Below, piece after piece: positions 20,027 to 28,779 of a stretch of DNA of 64,000 nt. The stretch lies in assembly GCA_035444565.1 (NCBI GenBank), contig DAOMOX010000003.1, forward strand, positions 95,488 to 159,487. Direction: 5' to 3'. Both the position numbers and the translations under genes were made by a program. How positions within the stretch are numbered: position 1 is the stretch's first letter; each line of letters starts with the position of its first letter. Under the pieces are notes generated by a model. That model saw only the letters and a list, made by a program, of their open reading frames with translations. It did no database searches and had not been told where the DNA came from. The DNA is from Candidatus Dojkabacteria bacterium (GTDB taxonomy: Bacteria; Patescibacteriota; Dojkabacteria; B142; OLB20).

Positions 20027-21823
20027 ATGAACCTAACAACTGCCCAAACAACTTCTGTTACAGCTGGTAATGACGCTACGAGTTTAGCTACGTCCGATAA
20101 TTTCAACCTTCAACAAAATGAGCTTGTTGCCAAGTTAACCGAAAAAGGACTTATCTCTAAGGAAAATTTCGATCAAGCTAAGGTAAAAGCTCTCACAAGT
20201 GGGAAAAATATTGAAGATATACTCTTTCAGGATAAATTAGTGTCACCAGAAGAGTTTTATAAAATTAAAAGTGAAATTTATCATATTCCTTTCATAAGTA
20301 TTGCTGAAAGAAGAATTCCAGTAGAGATATTAAACATTTTCTCCAAAGATATTGCGAAAAAAAATCAGGCTGTTGCTTTCGAAGAAACTCCTGACGTAGT
20401 TAAAGTTGCTATGGTTGATCCGCTCGACCTTCAAAAGACTAGGTTTCTCACAACGATCATTGGAAAGAAAATTGAGCCATATTTTACTGACCCAATTTCT
20501 ATAAAGACAGTAATCGATACAAGATATGGAGCACAAATTACAAGTGAGGTTGATGAAGCGCTTGAAGACGTTGCGGATATTATTGATGTTACCGGTGATG
20601 GTGATTTTAGTAACGAGGATATCACTTCTGCTCCAGTCGCGAAAATTGTAAATATGATTTTAGAATACGCAGTCAAACATAAGGCATCTGATGTACACAT
20701 CGAGCCAAGAGAATCAGGGATTATAGTCAGATATAGAATGAGTGGGGTTTTATCTGAAAAATTAAACTTTCCTAAGAAGCTCGAGAAACCAGTTGTTGCT
20801 AGGATCAAAATTCTCTCAAATTTAAAAATTGACGAACATAGAGTCCCACAAGATGGTAGATTTCAAGTAAAAATGGACAATCAAATAGTTGATATTCGTG
20901 TTTCTATTATGCCCTCAGTCTATGGTGAAAAAGTTGTGTTACGTTTACTTGAACGAGGTGGTAATGCCATAAGTTTCGAAAGTACTGGGATCAGGGCCCA
21001 GGCAAAAGATGACTTCTTGAAGGGTTTAAAGAAAACACAAGGCATCATCTTAGTAACAGGTCCTACCGGAAGTGGTAAAACCGTAACCCTAGCCTCTTCT
21101 CTTATGATTCTAAATCATCCTGAAGTAAATATTGTCACTCTCGAAGATCCTGTAGAAATTAGAATCGAAGGTGTTACACAAATTCAAATAAATGCGGATA
21201 TTGGTTTAACATTTGCTAACGGACTGAGGTCCGTCTTGAGACAAGACCCTGACATCGTGATGGTAGGAGAAATTCGTGATCAAGAAACAGCGAGATTGGC
21301 TGTGCAGGCATCATTAACCGGACATTTGGTCTTAGCGACACTACATACAAATAATGCAGCAGGAGCAATTCCTAGATTGATAGATATGGGAATTGAGCCA
21401 TTTCTATTAGCATCAACAATAAACGTTGTAGCAGCACAGAGATTGACTAGAAAGATATGTGACAATTGTAAGATGGAATATATGGCGAACGATGAACAGG
21501 TAGAAGAAATTGAAAAAGTACTTTCTAATGTTCCAGGGTTTGATTTTGCTAAACTTTTAAGGCAGAATAATAACAAGCTAATATTATACAAAGGAAAGGG
21601 ATGTCCTGAATGTGGGGATAGTGGATACAAAGGTAGGATTGGAATATTCGAGGCATTTTCTATAGATGAGGGAATAATGGGGTTAATATCAGACTCTGCC
21701 GTAGCAAACGAAATAGAGAAAGTTGCAGTTAGTAATGGAATGATTACAATGATTCAAGACGGATATCTGAAGGTTTTAGAAGGAATGACAACAATTGAAG
21801 AAGTTCTTCGTGTAGTTAATTAA
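20027..21823 (+). CDS. pilB: Type IV pilus assembly ATPase PilB (GspE family)
   Basis: GspE N-terminal domain, Walker A VTGPTGSGKT, and a tetracysteine motif (CDNC...CPEC). Confidence 0.9.
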   Translation: MNLTTAQTTSVTAGNDATSLATSDNFNLQQNELVAKLTEKGLISKENFDQAKVKALTSGKNIEDILFQDKLVSPEEFYKIKSEIYHIPFISIAERRIPVEILNIFSKDIAKKNQAVAFEETPDVVKVAMVDPLDLQKTRFLTTIIGKKIEPYFTDPISIKTVIDTRYGAQITSEVDEALEDVADIIDVTGDGDFSNEDITSAPVAKIVNMILEYAVKHKASDVHIEPRESGIIVRYRMSGVLSEKLNFPKKLEKPVVARIKILSNLKIDEHRVPQDGRFQVKMDNQIVDIRVSIMPSVYGEKVVLRLLERGGNAISFESTGIRAQAKDDFLKGLKKTQGIILVTGPTGSGKTVTLASSLMILNHPEVNIVTLEDPVEIRIEGVTQIQINADIGLTFANGLRSVLRQDPDIVMVGEIRDQETARLAVQASLTGHLVLATLHTNNAAGAIPRLIDMGIEPFLLASTINVVAAQRLTRKICDNCKMEYMANDEQVEEIEKVLSNVPGFDFAKLLRQNNNKLILYKGKGCPECGDSGYKGRIGIFEAFSIDEGIMGLISDSAVANEIEKVAVSNGMITMIQDGYLKVLEGMTTIEEVLRVVN

Positions 21824-21842
21824 TTAAGAAATCGCTTAAAAT

Positions 21843-23285
21843 ATGCAAAACACAGTACTGCCCCAGGATAACAACGTTAGGGAATATTCTGGACCTCCCC
21901 TTCCAAGATCAAATAACCTATTTAATGATATTGATTATCAACTTAGCACTGATTTTCGTGACACAGTGTTACAGCCTACTCCGATGGTTGATTCCGTGCA
22001 GCAGACTGGTCCTCAGGATCAAAACAATGACAACTTAGTTTCAACTCAGAATACACAAAATAATGTCCAGCCATCTCAGGGTGATAGTTCACAATTTCAA
22101 AATGTGGGAACAGAACCTGCTTCAACATCGGGAGAGCAATCCCCTATGGCTAGTACTTTACCAACTCTTCAAGTTCAAAGAACAACTGAGCAGAACCAAA
22201 TCAATCTGGGTTCCAACCTTACGAACTTCAATTCAATTAATGAATTACTATCATTAGCCGTTGAGAAAGGAGCTTCTGATTTGCATGTTTCTGTTGGTTA
22301 CCCTCCCTTACTTAGAATAAATGGAGATTTACTTCCAGTTCCTTCACAGGTATTAACAGAAGAGAAAGTCTCACAACTATTTGGAGAAATTTTGATGGAA
22401 AATCAGAAGAAACAATTACTGAATTATTTGGATATTGATTTTTCTTATACTCATTCTACTGGTAATCGATTTAGAATAAATATCTTTCACAAACAAGGAA
22501 ATCTTGCAGGTGCATTTCGATTGATACCATCAAAGATTCGAACAATTACAGATTTGGGGATGCCCAATATACTCCAGGATTTTACTACAGTTGCAAATGG
22601 GTTGGTTTTGATTACTGGTCCGACCGGAAGTGGTAAAAGTACTACAATAGCATCAATAATTCAGGAGATAAATCTTTCTCAAGCGAGACATATTATTACG
22701 ATTGAAGATCCTGTGGAGTACTTGTTTCCTCGTGCAAAAGCACTTGTCAATCAACGAGAGGTCGGCAAAGATGTCCGAAGTTGGACTAGAGGTTTGAGAG
22801 AAATATTAAGAGAAGATCCAGATGTTGTGTTAGTTGGGGAAATGAGAGATTATGAAACCATTGCCTTAACCATAACGGCTGCAGAAACTGGTCATTTAGT
22901 ATTTTCTACATTGCACACTAATTCTGCATCTCAGACAATTGATCGTATTATTGATGTATTTCCAGATGTGCAACAAGCACAGATTAGGGCTCAATTGGCT
23001 AATGTAATTCATGCTGTTGTCTCCCAGAGACTTATTCCCCTCAAAAGTGGTGGAAGAAAAGCAGTTTCTGAAATTATGATTGCTACACCTGCAATTAGAA
23101 ATGCAATTCGTGAAAAGAAAACATATCAAATCGATAATATGATTCAGACAAGTGCCGAGTTAGGGATGATCAGTTTGGAGAAATCACTTGTCAATTTAAT
23201 AAGATCCGGTGAAATCACACTAGACGAGGCACAGGCATATACAGTCAAACATAATGATCTAATTAGCCTATTAAAGCAAAACTAA
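21843..23285 (+). CDS. pilT: PilT-family retraction ATPase with a roughly 125-aa low-complexity N-terminal extension
   Basis: ASDLHVSVGYPP, ITGPTGSGKSTT and HLVFSTLHTNSA motifs from about residue 125 onward. Confidence 0.8.
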   Translation: MQNTVLPQDNNVREYSGPPLPRSNNLFNDIDYQLSTDFRDTVLQPTPMVDSVQQTGPQDQNNDNLVSTQNTQNNVQPSQGDSSQFQNVGTEPASTSGEQSPMASTLPTLQVQRTTEQNQINLGSNLTNFNSINELLSLAVEKGASDLHVSVGYPPLLRINGDLLPVPSQVLTEEKVSQLFGEILMENQKKQLLNYLDIDFSYTHSTGNRFRINIFHKQGNLAGAFRLIPSKIRTITDLGMPNILQDFTTVANGLVLITGPTGSGKSTTIASIIQEINLSQARHIITIEDPVEYLFPRAKALVNQREVGKDVRSWTRGLREILREDPDVVLVGEMRDYETIALTITAAETGHLVFSTLHTNSASQTIDRIIDVFPDVQQAQIRAQLANVIHAVVSQRLIPLKSGGRKAVSEIMIATPAIRNAIREKKTYQIDNMIQTSAELGMISLEKSLVNLIRSGEITLDEAQAYTVKHNDLISLLKQN

Positions 23286-24499
23286 TGGCAATATTTAAAT
23301 ACGAAGCAGCAGATAAACAAGGTAAAGTTGTTGCAGGAAAACGTGATGCGGAATCAGCCAAGGAGATTGTGGATTTCCTTCACGAAAAAGACTTGATTGT
23401 GATTACAATCGAAGAAAGTTTTGATTTGAAAAATCTATTCTCACTTCAGGTGGGTGGAGTTCCATACAAAGAAAGAGTCTTCCTGATAAAACAACTCACC
23501 TTTATGTTAGAAGCTGGCTTACCTATTCTGCAATCTCTAGAAGTACTTGTCGATCAAGCAAAATACCCTAGCCTCAAAGAAAAGCTGAAAAAAGTATATC
23601 TTGATGTCAAAGGCGGACTTCCTTTGGCGACCTCTTTCGCAAAACAAGATGTAATTTTTGATGAAATCCAAATAAGTCTAATCCAATCAGCGGAGAAAAG
23701 TGGAAACTTGATTGAAGTTATGCAACAGATTTCTATTGATATTGAAAAAAAACAAAAATTAAAAAATAAAGTAAAAAATGCCTTAATCTACCCTACTATC
23801 ATAGTTTTGACTGCGATTGTAGTGATGATGATTTTGGTAATTTATATGGTCCCGGCTGTGGTCGATCTTTATGCTGATCTTGGAGCTGCAGATCAGATTC
23901 CTCTAGTGACAAGGATTTTAGTCGCCATAAGTAATTTCTTTACCTCTCCGGTGGGAATCATTATTACCGTTCTTGTTCTGTTAGGGTTAGTTTTAGGATA
24001 TAGGGTTGCACATGCATCCGAAGGTGGTAGAAGAGTTATCGATAAGGCATATCTTAAAATGCCAATCCTAGGAGTATTATTAAACAATGTTCAAGTAGTA
24101 GAAATGACCAGGATGTTAGCTATGCTTCTAAAGAGTGGAATTCCGATCATTGATGCAATGTATTCTACAGCTGGTGGTTTAAGTAACATTCATTATAGTA
24201 ATGCAATGATTTATTCGGCAGAGAAGGTTTCAAAGGGATCGGCTATTGCATTATCGTTAGCAAAAACTGATGTAATCCCAAATATTGTGATAAAAATGAT
24301 AGCAACCGGAGAAGATACTGGCTCGCTAGACAAAATATTAAGTGATTTGTCCGAATTCTACGAGAATGAAGTGAATGAGATGACTGCAAATCTTACAAGT
24401 ATGATTGAACCGATTATGTTACTGATAGTAGGTGTAATGGTTGCATTCTTAGCTGTTGCTGTCTACTTCCCTATTTATAACATCGCTCAAATTATTTAA
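23285..24499 (+). CDS. pilC: Type IV pilus inner-membrane platform protein PilC (GspF family)
   Basis: Two GspF repeats and three TM segments. Confidence 0.85.
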   Translation: MAIFKYEAADKQGKVVAGKRDAESAKEIVDFLHEKDLIVITIEESFDLKNLFSLQVGGVPYKERVFLIKQLTFMLEAGLPILQSLEVLVDQAKYPSLKEKLKKVYLDVKGGLPLATSFAKQDVIFDEIQISLIQSAEKSGNLIEVMQQISIDIEKKQKLKNKVKNALIYPTIIVLTAIVVMMILVIYMVPAVVDLYADLGAADQIPLVTRILVAISNFFTSPVGIIITVLVLLGLVLGYRVAHASEGGRRVIDKAYLKMPILGVLLNNVQVVEMTRMLAMLLKSGIPIIDAMYSTAGGLSNIHYSNAMIYSAEKVSKGSAIALSLAKTDVIPNIVIKMIATGEDTGSLDKILSDLSEFYENEVNEMTANLTSMIEPIMLLIVGVMVAFLAVAVYFPIYNIAQII

Positions 24500-24522
24500 T
24501 TTTTATTTATTATCTTTTATTA

Positions 24523-24957
24523 ATGAAAGCAAAAAAGGCTTTTACGTTACTTGAATTGCTAGTCGCTATGGCAATTATTGCCGTTCTAATTGCCTTGGCA
24601 ATTTTCGGTATTATTCAAGTACAAAGAAATTCCAGAGAAACTCAAAGAAGAAAGGCAGCCGAGGATATAAATATAGGTATACAAGACTATTATACAAACT
24701 ATGGTGAATATCCTGATGTATTAACTTTTGGAACAATTTCTACTGGTGTAGGAGTTGAAGTTTCAGATTCGACTGGTGCAAATGTGATTGAAGTACCTCT
24801 AAAAAATGCCGCAGAACCAGGTGCTACAACAACAGCACAAGCTACAAAATGGTATTTTTCCAACACTGCACCAGGGTACAAATTGAATTATTGTAATGAG
24901 CGAGATGTTGAGATATTTGCAGGTACTGATGAAACATCAGGTATGACTTGTCCTTAA
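24523..24957 (+). CDS. Type IV pilin (candidate major pilin)
   Basis: Class III signal KKAFTLLELLVAMAIIAVL and a C-terminal Cys pair. Confidence 0.75.
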   Translation: MKAKKAFTLLELLVAMAIIAVLIALAIFGIIQVQRNSRETQRRKAAEDINIGIQDYYTNYGEYPDVLTFGTISTGVGVEVSDSTGANVIEVPLKNAAEPGATTTAQATKWYFSNTAPGYKLNYCNERDVEIFAGTDETSGMTCP

Positions 24958-24971
24958 TCAAAAATAAATAA

Positions 24972-25454
24972 ATGATAACCAAGGCTGAAACTAAAAAATC
25001 ATCAAAATCACTCGCGATCTCTCCTCGGAGATTGCGAGTGTACTTGGTTTTCATTGGAGTATTATTTTTAGGCTTATTGATTCTCGGATTATCTTTAAAC
25101 CGTTATGCGCTTTGGCAAAAAGGTGTTAGAGAGAATCAGAGAGTTGAGATGATGAATAAAATCGTTACTGAACTTGAAAAATTCAAAGCTGAGAATGAAG
25201 ATTATCCTGAAGCAGTATTTTTTAAAACTGACTCAGTTTTAATTTGTCCGAAAATAGATTGTTTAATTAGTACAGAATTAGAATTAAAAGGATCAACGAA
25301 GGGTGCCTCAGACCTTCAGCCCAAAACTGATAAAGAATTCACAAGTTACAAATATGAATTGAGCGACAATACTTTTAAACTAGCATTTTGTGACGAAGAT
25401 GGTCAGGTTAATAATTTCGGAGAAGCATCTTATGATGAAATGATTTGTAAATGA
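24972..25454 (+). CDS. Membrane-anchored cysteine-rich protein, possibly pilus-associated
   Basis: Single N-terminal TM, no prepilin motif, six Cys. Confidence 0.35.
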   Translation: MITKAETKKSSKSLAISPRRLRVYLVFIGVLFLGLLILGLSLNRYALWQKGVRENQRVEMMNKIVTELEKFKAENEDYPEAVFFKTDSVLICPKIDCLISTELELKGSTKGASDLQPKTDKEFTSYKYELSDNTFKLAFCDEDGQVNNFGEASYDEMICK

Positions 25455-26287
25455 ACTTAATAATGGAAATAATATTAATTCTTCAGATTTTTGTTTTAGG
25501 TCTGGTGTGGGGTAGTTTCCTCAATATGGCAGTATATCGAGTTAAGCATAATCTGAGTTTTTCGGGGAGATCTTTCTGTGATCATACAAAAGAGAAACTT
25601 ACCTGGAAGGATTTAATCCCCCTACTCTCTTATTTCTTTTACAAAGGTAGGTGTCGACACTGTAAAAAGAAATTACCAGCAATTTATCCTATTGTAGAGT
25701 TTACGACAGGTTTAGTTTTTGTTTTAGGTTTTTGGTACTTATGGAATAATTTTCTAGATAAGCCATTATTTGGATTAAATTTATTTATCATCGTTATTTA
25801 CTCCTTGTTCTTCCTTTTTTTCGCAGTTTATGATTATCTCTATTGGGAAGTAAATGTAAAAGCTATCAAGTTAGCATTAGTTATTTCTGCGCTATTTTCG
25901 TTAACAGCAATTGTACTTTCAGATAAACAACTTGTCGTCTCAGGTATAAGCGGATATTTAGGTGCGCTTATTGCAGGATTAATTATTTACTTAATTGTAA
26001 AATTTACGAAAGGCTCTGGTATGGGTGAGGGAGATATATATTTAATGGCTTTTGCTGGTTTTGCAGTAGGTATAGAAGGTCTTATTCCTCTGTTCTTGAT
26101 AAGTTCTGTAAGTGGTTCGATTATAGGAATTATTAAAGCGTTGAGAGTGGGTAAACTTCATGGCGTGCAAATACAGTTTGTTCCTTTCATCAGTTTTGCA
26201 GCTCTAGCTGTTTTATTCTGGAAGGATTCAATTTTGAAATTACTTTCACTGGATGAATTTTTCTTACTGATTTCTGAATATTTATGA
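25451..26287 (+). CDS. pilD: Prepilin peptidase PilD (A24 family)
   Basis: N-terminal CxxC...CxxC zinc motif and a polytopic membrane domain. Confidence 0.8.
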   Translation: MNLIMEIILILQIFVLGLVWGSFLNMAVYRVKHNLSFSGRSFCDHTKEKLTWKDLIPLLSYFFYKGRCRHCKKKLPAIYPIVEFTTGLVFVLGFWYLWNNFLDKPLFGLNLFIIVIYSLFFLFFAVYDYLYWEVNVKAIKLALVISALFSLTAIVLSDKQLVVSGISGYLGALIAGLIIYLIVKFTKGSGMGEGDIYLMAFAGFAVGIEGLIPLFLISSVSGSIIGIIKALRVGKLHGVQIQFVPFISFAALAVLFWKDSILKLLSLDEFFLLISEYL

Positions 26288-26832
26288 TACGGATAAAAAA
26301 GGGGTATACATTATTAGAGATTTTGGTTGTGATGGCAATTATAGCAATACTTCTATCAATGTTAATACAAGTTATGGCTAATTTCAGAAGAACTATCGAG
26401 TTGCAACAAGCGAGTGACTTGTTAACTTCAAGTGTAAATGAAACAAAAAACTATGCGGCAAATAATGTATTACCTGATGGCATAGTAATTGATGATGATA
26501 GCATTTATGCGTATCAATTAGTTCCTCAGTCGAACGATATTGAACGAAGAGTTTGCCAAAAAATTGGAAATTCAATATTTTGGGATTGCTCGATTTCAAC
26601 AAAAGTCGATAATTTTATTAATCTTGATAATAATAATGTTTTACTTAACACTGTTGGATGCGATAGTATGATTTTAATTAATTTGATAAGTGACTGGCAG
26701 GTTGAAAACAGCGGCACTTATAGCGATTCAATCTGTGAGATTGAACTTTCTCATAAAACAGATCCAGAAGTCTTTAGAAGGTTTATATTTGATGGAGCAA
26801 AAAATACTTTTGAAGTAAAATATGGAAATTAA
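26284..26832 (+). CDS. Minor pilin / pseudopilin
   Basis: Prepilin N-terminus KKGYTLLEILVVMAIIAIL. Confidence 0.6.
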   Translation: MIRIKKGYTLLEILVVMAIIAILLSMLIQVMANFRRTIELQQASDLLTSSVNETKNYAANNVLPDGIVIDDDSIYAYQLVPQSNDIERRVCQKIGNSIFWDCSISTKVDNFINLDNNNVLLNTVGCDSMILINLISDWQVENSGTYSDSICEIELSHKTDPEVFRRFIFDGAKNTFEVKYGN

Positions 26833-27337
26833 AAAACTAAACATAAAAGCATTTGGATTATTGGAATCAATAATTGCTATCGGTGTTTTTGGGGTTACCA
26901 TAGTAGTGGGTTTATCTTTGATTGTGAAGTCATTAGCGATTATAAAAGATAACCAAGTTGCAGATCAGGCATCAGCCTTCGTTTATTCATCTTTAGAATA
27001 TGCTCGCTCACCAATTGTAAAGCCTGAAACTCTTACGAAGGGGTTATTTTATAAGGTGAATACAGGTTTGCAGGGGCAAGTTACTGGTATCACTTCGACA
27101 TCTTCTGCTTCCGAGATCGAGGCAAACTCTTCATGTTCATCTTCATCTGAGTTTTATGTTGATATTGATGGTCCAGACTCTAACGGCACATTTTGTAACC
27201 AAATCACTGTAGATTATGTTAATCCGCTCGACCCTACAAATAGTGATTATATTATCAGGTCTATAGGAGTCTATAAGATCAAAGATGGCTATAAACTCAC
27301 CGAATCAATCGGTTTTAAAAACAGAACTCAATTATGA
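26822..27337 (+). CDS. Minor pilin-like protein
   Basis: N-terminus KAFGLLESIIAIGVFGV, PilV-like. Confidence 0.5.
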   Translation: MEIKKLNIKAFGLLESIIAIGVFGVTIVVGLSLIVKSLAIIKDNQVADQASAFVYSSLEYARSPIVKPETLTKGLFYKVNTGLQGQVTGITSTSSASEIEANSSCSSSSEFYVDIDGPDSNGTFCNQITVDYVNPLDPTNSDYIIRSIGVYKIKDGYKLTESIGFKNRTQL

Positions 27338-27936
27338 TTATGACTAAGACTATTAAAAATAAGAAAGGCTTTTCGCTTCTTGAAATGTTAGTGACTTTAG
27401 TGGTTTTTGCTGTTCTTATGACAATGATAGTTCAAGTATTAATCCTTAGTATCAATGCAGGGAGAAGAATCGCTGGTAGATCGAAAGTTAGAGGTGATTT
27501 ATCAGAAATTGCGGTTATGATTAGACGAGATTTCCGCAATTCAAGCAGAATTGATCAAACCCTTTGTGGTGAAAGTATCAGTTTCGTTAACCCTGATGGT
27601 ACAAACGCCGTTTCATCTGCTCCCGCTTGCTTTTTCAATTTGACAGGAAATGACTATGCTTGGGTATATGGGACTAATGTAACAGAATGCCCGGAGAACA
27701 AGTTGTGTAAACTAAAGCAGAATCCATCGGGGGTTTACGAACTCTATTATCAATCTTCTGACATTCTGAAGTTCGATCCTATCGGCACTCGTTTTGAACT
27801 TACACTCTATCAACAAACAGAAAAAACCACTCAAGGTATTTTGTTAGCCTCACTTACTGCAAATGTTTCTGATGATGTGAATATTGAGGTCTCCACGCAG
27901 TATCGTCAAATTAGTGTATTTACTAGGAACTTTTAA
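27334..27936 (+). CDS. Minor pilin / pseudopilin
   Basis: N-terminus KKGFSLLEMLVTLVVFAVL. Confidence 0.65.
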   Translation: MIMTKTIKNKKGFSLLEMLVTLVVFAVLMTMIVQVLILSINAGRRIAGRSKVRGDLSEIAVMIRRDFRNSSRIDQTLCGESISFVNPDGTNAVSSAPACFFNLTGNDYAWVYGTNVTECPENKLCKLKQNPSGVYELYYQSSDILKFDPIGTRFELTLYQQTEKTTQGILLASLTANVSDDVNIEVSTQYRQISVFTRNF

Positions 27937-28775
27937 GGTTTAGGTTTTGATACTACCTTGTTTGTTCTAAGAGCATAATCCAATATCTCTAAAGATGGAT
28001 CCTTAGTAGGGATTTGAAGCTCTAGTTGAATTGATGGAGAGTTCCCTAAATCGTCGTCTATTTCAGCTGTTGCTAGTATTATATATGCCTGAGGGGGTAA
28101 ACCTGAGTCTGGTGATGTTGGTTCTAGAAGTGATAATTCAGTATTACTGCCAATTCTCATAATTGGTTTCATCCTCACAGATATCGGTGCGTAAACTCCA
28201 CTTGGTTCTACACTATCTAGACATTGTTTAATGTCAAATTCGAAACTATTCGAACCATCTGGGATAAATGATAAACAACTTATAGGATCATTTGGATCGA
28301 AGATATCAAAATTATCATAAATACTCTGTGAGGTTTTATATTCACCAATATTAGACTTATAGTCAATGTTTACAACCCAAGCCACCTGCCCTTTCCAACT
28401 AAATTTTAAGTTGTCCTTATATCCTTCTAGAGGTATCGTTATATTCTTGTCTTTTCCAACTGGGATATCCGAAAAGTTAATGATCAGATCTTTTACTATG
28501 TAGAGCATTTTTTTCGAAAGAGCATTACTAAATTCTAATCCAGTTAGTTCAATATCACATGTTATTGAAGCCTCAGGACATGCTGGATTTTGGCCAGAGA
28601 TGATTTTTAGTAACTCCTGTTCTACAGCTGAATAATACTCTTCGTATTGTTCAGATTGGAATTGATCAAGAGTATCTCGCCTAACATTTTTTGAAATCAA
28701 AACAAGCAATATACTAATAATAGCTAATGCCAACATCAAGATTATTAGTATTTGTCCTTTGTATGCTTTTTTCAT
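27933..28775 (-). CDS. N-terminally anchored protein of unknown function inside the pilus cluster
   Basis: Single TM; no canonical prepilin cleavage motif. Confidence 0.35.
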   Translation of the reverse strand: MKKAYKGQILIILMLALAIISILLVLISKNVRRDTLDQFQSEQYEEYYSAVEQELLKIISGQNPACPEASITCDIELTGLEFSNALSKKMLYIVKDLIINFSDIPVGKDKNITIPLEGYKDNLKFSWKGQVAWVVNIDYKSNIGEYKTSQSIYDNFDIFDPNDPISCLSFIPDGSNSFEFDIKQCLDSVEPSGVYAPISVRMKPIMRIGSNTELSLLEPTSPDSGLPPQAYIILATAEIDDDLGNSPSIQLELQIPTKDPSLEILDYALRTNKVVSKPKP

Positions 28776-28779
28776 AATA

